This document shows positions 62,181 to 64,000 of a DNA stretch of 64,000 nucleotides, piece after piece (position 1 is the first letter of the stretch; each line of letters starts with the position of its first letter). Source of the DNA: Mytilus californianus. Lineage: Eukaryota. The notes beneath the pieces are model-generated. The model ran no database searches. It was not told the origin of the DNA and saw only the letters and a list, made by a program, of their open reading frames with translations. Location of the stretch: contig NW_026262690.1 in assembly GCF_021869535.1 (NCBI RefSeq), forward strand, positions 40,300,001-40,364,000, written 5' to 3'. Position numbers and translations under genes: made by a program.

Positions 62181-62227
62181 TTTATACCAGAGACATATAA
62201 TACATGCATATATGTCTCTGTTTATAC
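62181..62227. mobile_element. 33-bp hairpin insert flanked by 7-bp direct repeat tttatac
   Basis: CAGAGACATATA-atacatgca-TATATGTCTCTG at 62188-62220; tttatac at 62181-62187 and 62221-62227. Confidence 0.72.
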
Positions 62228-62686
62228 CGTTTAAGATTTTGAGACGAAGTTGGGGCGAATGGATTTTTGGGCGAAAATTGACACGCTAGTTTTAAATGTG
62301 AGGGCCTAGAATTTATTAGTTCTCCATCTTCATAAAAATGGAATTTCAAAAAAAAGCCAAATAACGCACAGCAAAAATAAAAACCAGAAAAAATGTCATT
62401 TATAAAAGTTGAGTATTAGTTAGATGACATGACGAAATATTGTGGCGAATGTTTTTTGGGACGAAAACGACAAGCTGAAACTCTTCTTTAAGAAGGGTTG
62501 AAAAAGGTATAAAAAGCCGTAAAATATATTTTTCTGGTGTTGTTGTGTTGCTGTTTGAACAACTCTACATGACTTACGAAAGAAATATTGATTAGCTAGC
62601 AATAGGAAATGAATCCTCTAACGTAAATATTCTGCTTAAATTATATGAGTGGAACACGATTTTTGTATTTCACAAAATTGACCTTA

Positions 62687-62745
62687 ACTAAACCTGGGAA
62701 CAGTATATCTAACTCAATATAATATATATATGTTCCTGACTAAAC
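62687..62745. mobile_element. 45-bp degenerate hairpin insert flanked by 7-bp direct repeat actaaac
   Basis: ctgggaacagtatat...atatatgttcctg at 62694-62738; actaaac at 62687-62693 and 62739-62745. Confidence 0.55.
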
Positions 62746-63000
62746 TACATCCCCTATGATCATGCTATCCTTTTAGGATACTTTGTGTCCGAATCGGTTT
62801 TCTAACCGCCCACAGTATTCAAAAATATATTAGACAGCCACAGGCCATGTGTCCGAGTGGTTGATGATATTGCGCATTTCATGATCATGTTATTCAGCAA
62901 TGTAAGATCAACAGAATTTGAACTTCTACTTCTACTGGATAATGGCCACAATCAACAAACTGAATATTTTGCCATGACTTTTGTGCGGAAATTGACTAAT

Positions 63001-63082
63001 ATGCATGTTGCGTATTGCATGTTGCGTGTTGCGCGTTGCATGTTGCATGTTGCGTGTTGCAATTTGCGTGTTGCATGTTGCA
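63001..63082. repeat. 7-bp microsatellite (gttgcat/gttgcgt)n
   Basis: Read directly. Other microsatellites: (aat)n 9637-9678, (ga)n 43703-43732, (ta)n(taga)n 6248-6281. Confidence 0.9.
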
Positions 63083-64000
63083 GAACATTACTGTTATTAT
63101 AAGGACTAATAAAAACATGTTTCAAACGTAAGATGAGCACCCTTGTCAATGACAATTTTCATAATGTTTTGAAAAATCGATTCAAAAGCATTTACTTAAC
63201 ATAAATGACTTCAATTTTACGTCATGAAATATACTGTATTATTATGCCAGAAAAAATTCTTATCTTCAATACAAGAAGCTTAGATCTTTGCCTGTGACAG
63301 TAGTAATTTTACATCAGGAGACCTGTTTTGTGTGTTCCTTCTACAGCTACCAATTGAAATTAGATCAACATGATCAATTGGTATGACTTGGTTTCGTTAC
63401 TATTACAGTTTGTTACTTCCACTTTTCATTATTTAGTTTGGATTATTGTATATGGGAAAGTTTAGAAAGTGAATGATTTCCAAAGGGCTCCCGCCATTAG
63501 ATTCATATTTATGTAAAAACTTCTTCTAAGTCTTATAGAGGGATGCCTTAACTTCATTTAAAGGTTCAGTGGAAATCTGTCATCAGGTCTTAAAATTCTG
63601 TCTGTCAAATACTCCCCAATCATCTAATAAATTATATCATATACCTTCAAATGTAACTGTTGATGACCTGTGTTGATTAGTTTATTGCAAACTTCATATT
63701 ACTTTAATTCCATAAAATTGCAAGATAAACTTTGTCCACAGTGCACTGCAGATGCGGTCTATTTACATACAAGAGACAGTTAATTTGATGCAAAACAGAA
63801 CTGTATTTCAAGTAATCTTTAACATATAAATTGTGAAACAATTTTAACTTTTTTTAAAACATTCTGTCACTTTATGATAAAATTTGGAATTTCATAGATC
63901 ATGACCAATACGATATACATATCAACGTGATCTTAATACTAATATTTGCGGAAACTAGGTCTATATCTAAAATTACACTTAGACTTACGATAACAGTTGA

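Noticed and set aside
62845-62880. tRNA gene or SINE head (tgtccgagtgg A-box-like)
   Set aside because: No B box or cloverleaf downstream.

Overview
AT-rich eukaryotic genomic DNA with spliceosomal introns; the repeat content suggests a bivalve such as Mytilus (inference). Four protein-coding genes were rebuilt by hand from GT-AG splice sites, all on the minus strand: the first two coding exons of a diamine acetyltransferase (SAT1/SAT2 family) gene that probably continues off the left edge; two tandem, structurally unusual intermediate-filament (IF) paralogs (IF-B about 25.5-37.2 kb, IF-A 41.6-54.3 kb); and a complete 3-exon FAHD1-like gene with substituted catalytic lid residues. The rest is repeat-rich: decayed Penelope-like (Naiad-type) reverse transcriptases and their solo 3' tails, about 364-bp retrozyme-like repeats carrying minimal type I hammerhead ribozymes, three tRNA-derived SINEs, MITEs and minisatellites. 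The most striking unexplained signal is a set of 23-45 bp CA...TG hairpin inserts at four sites, each flanked by a 7-bp direct repeat, which resemble P-superfamily transposon excision footprints. All reference-protein comparisons are from memory; no database search was run.
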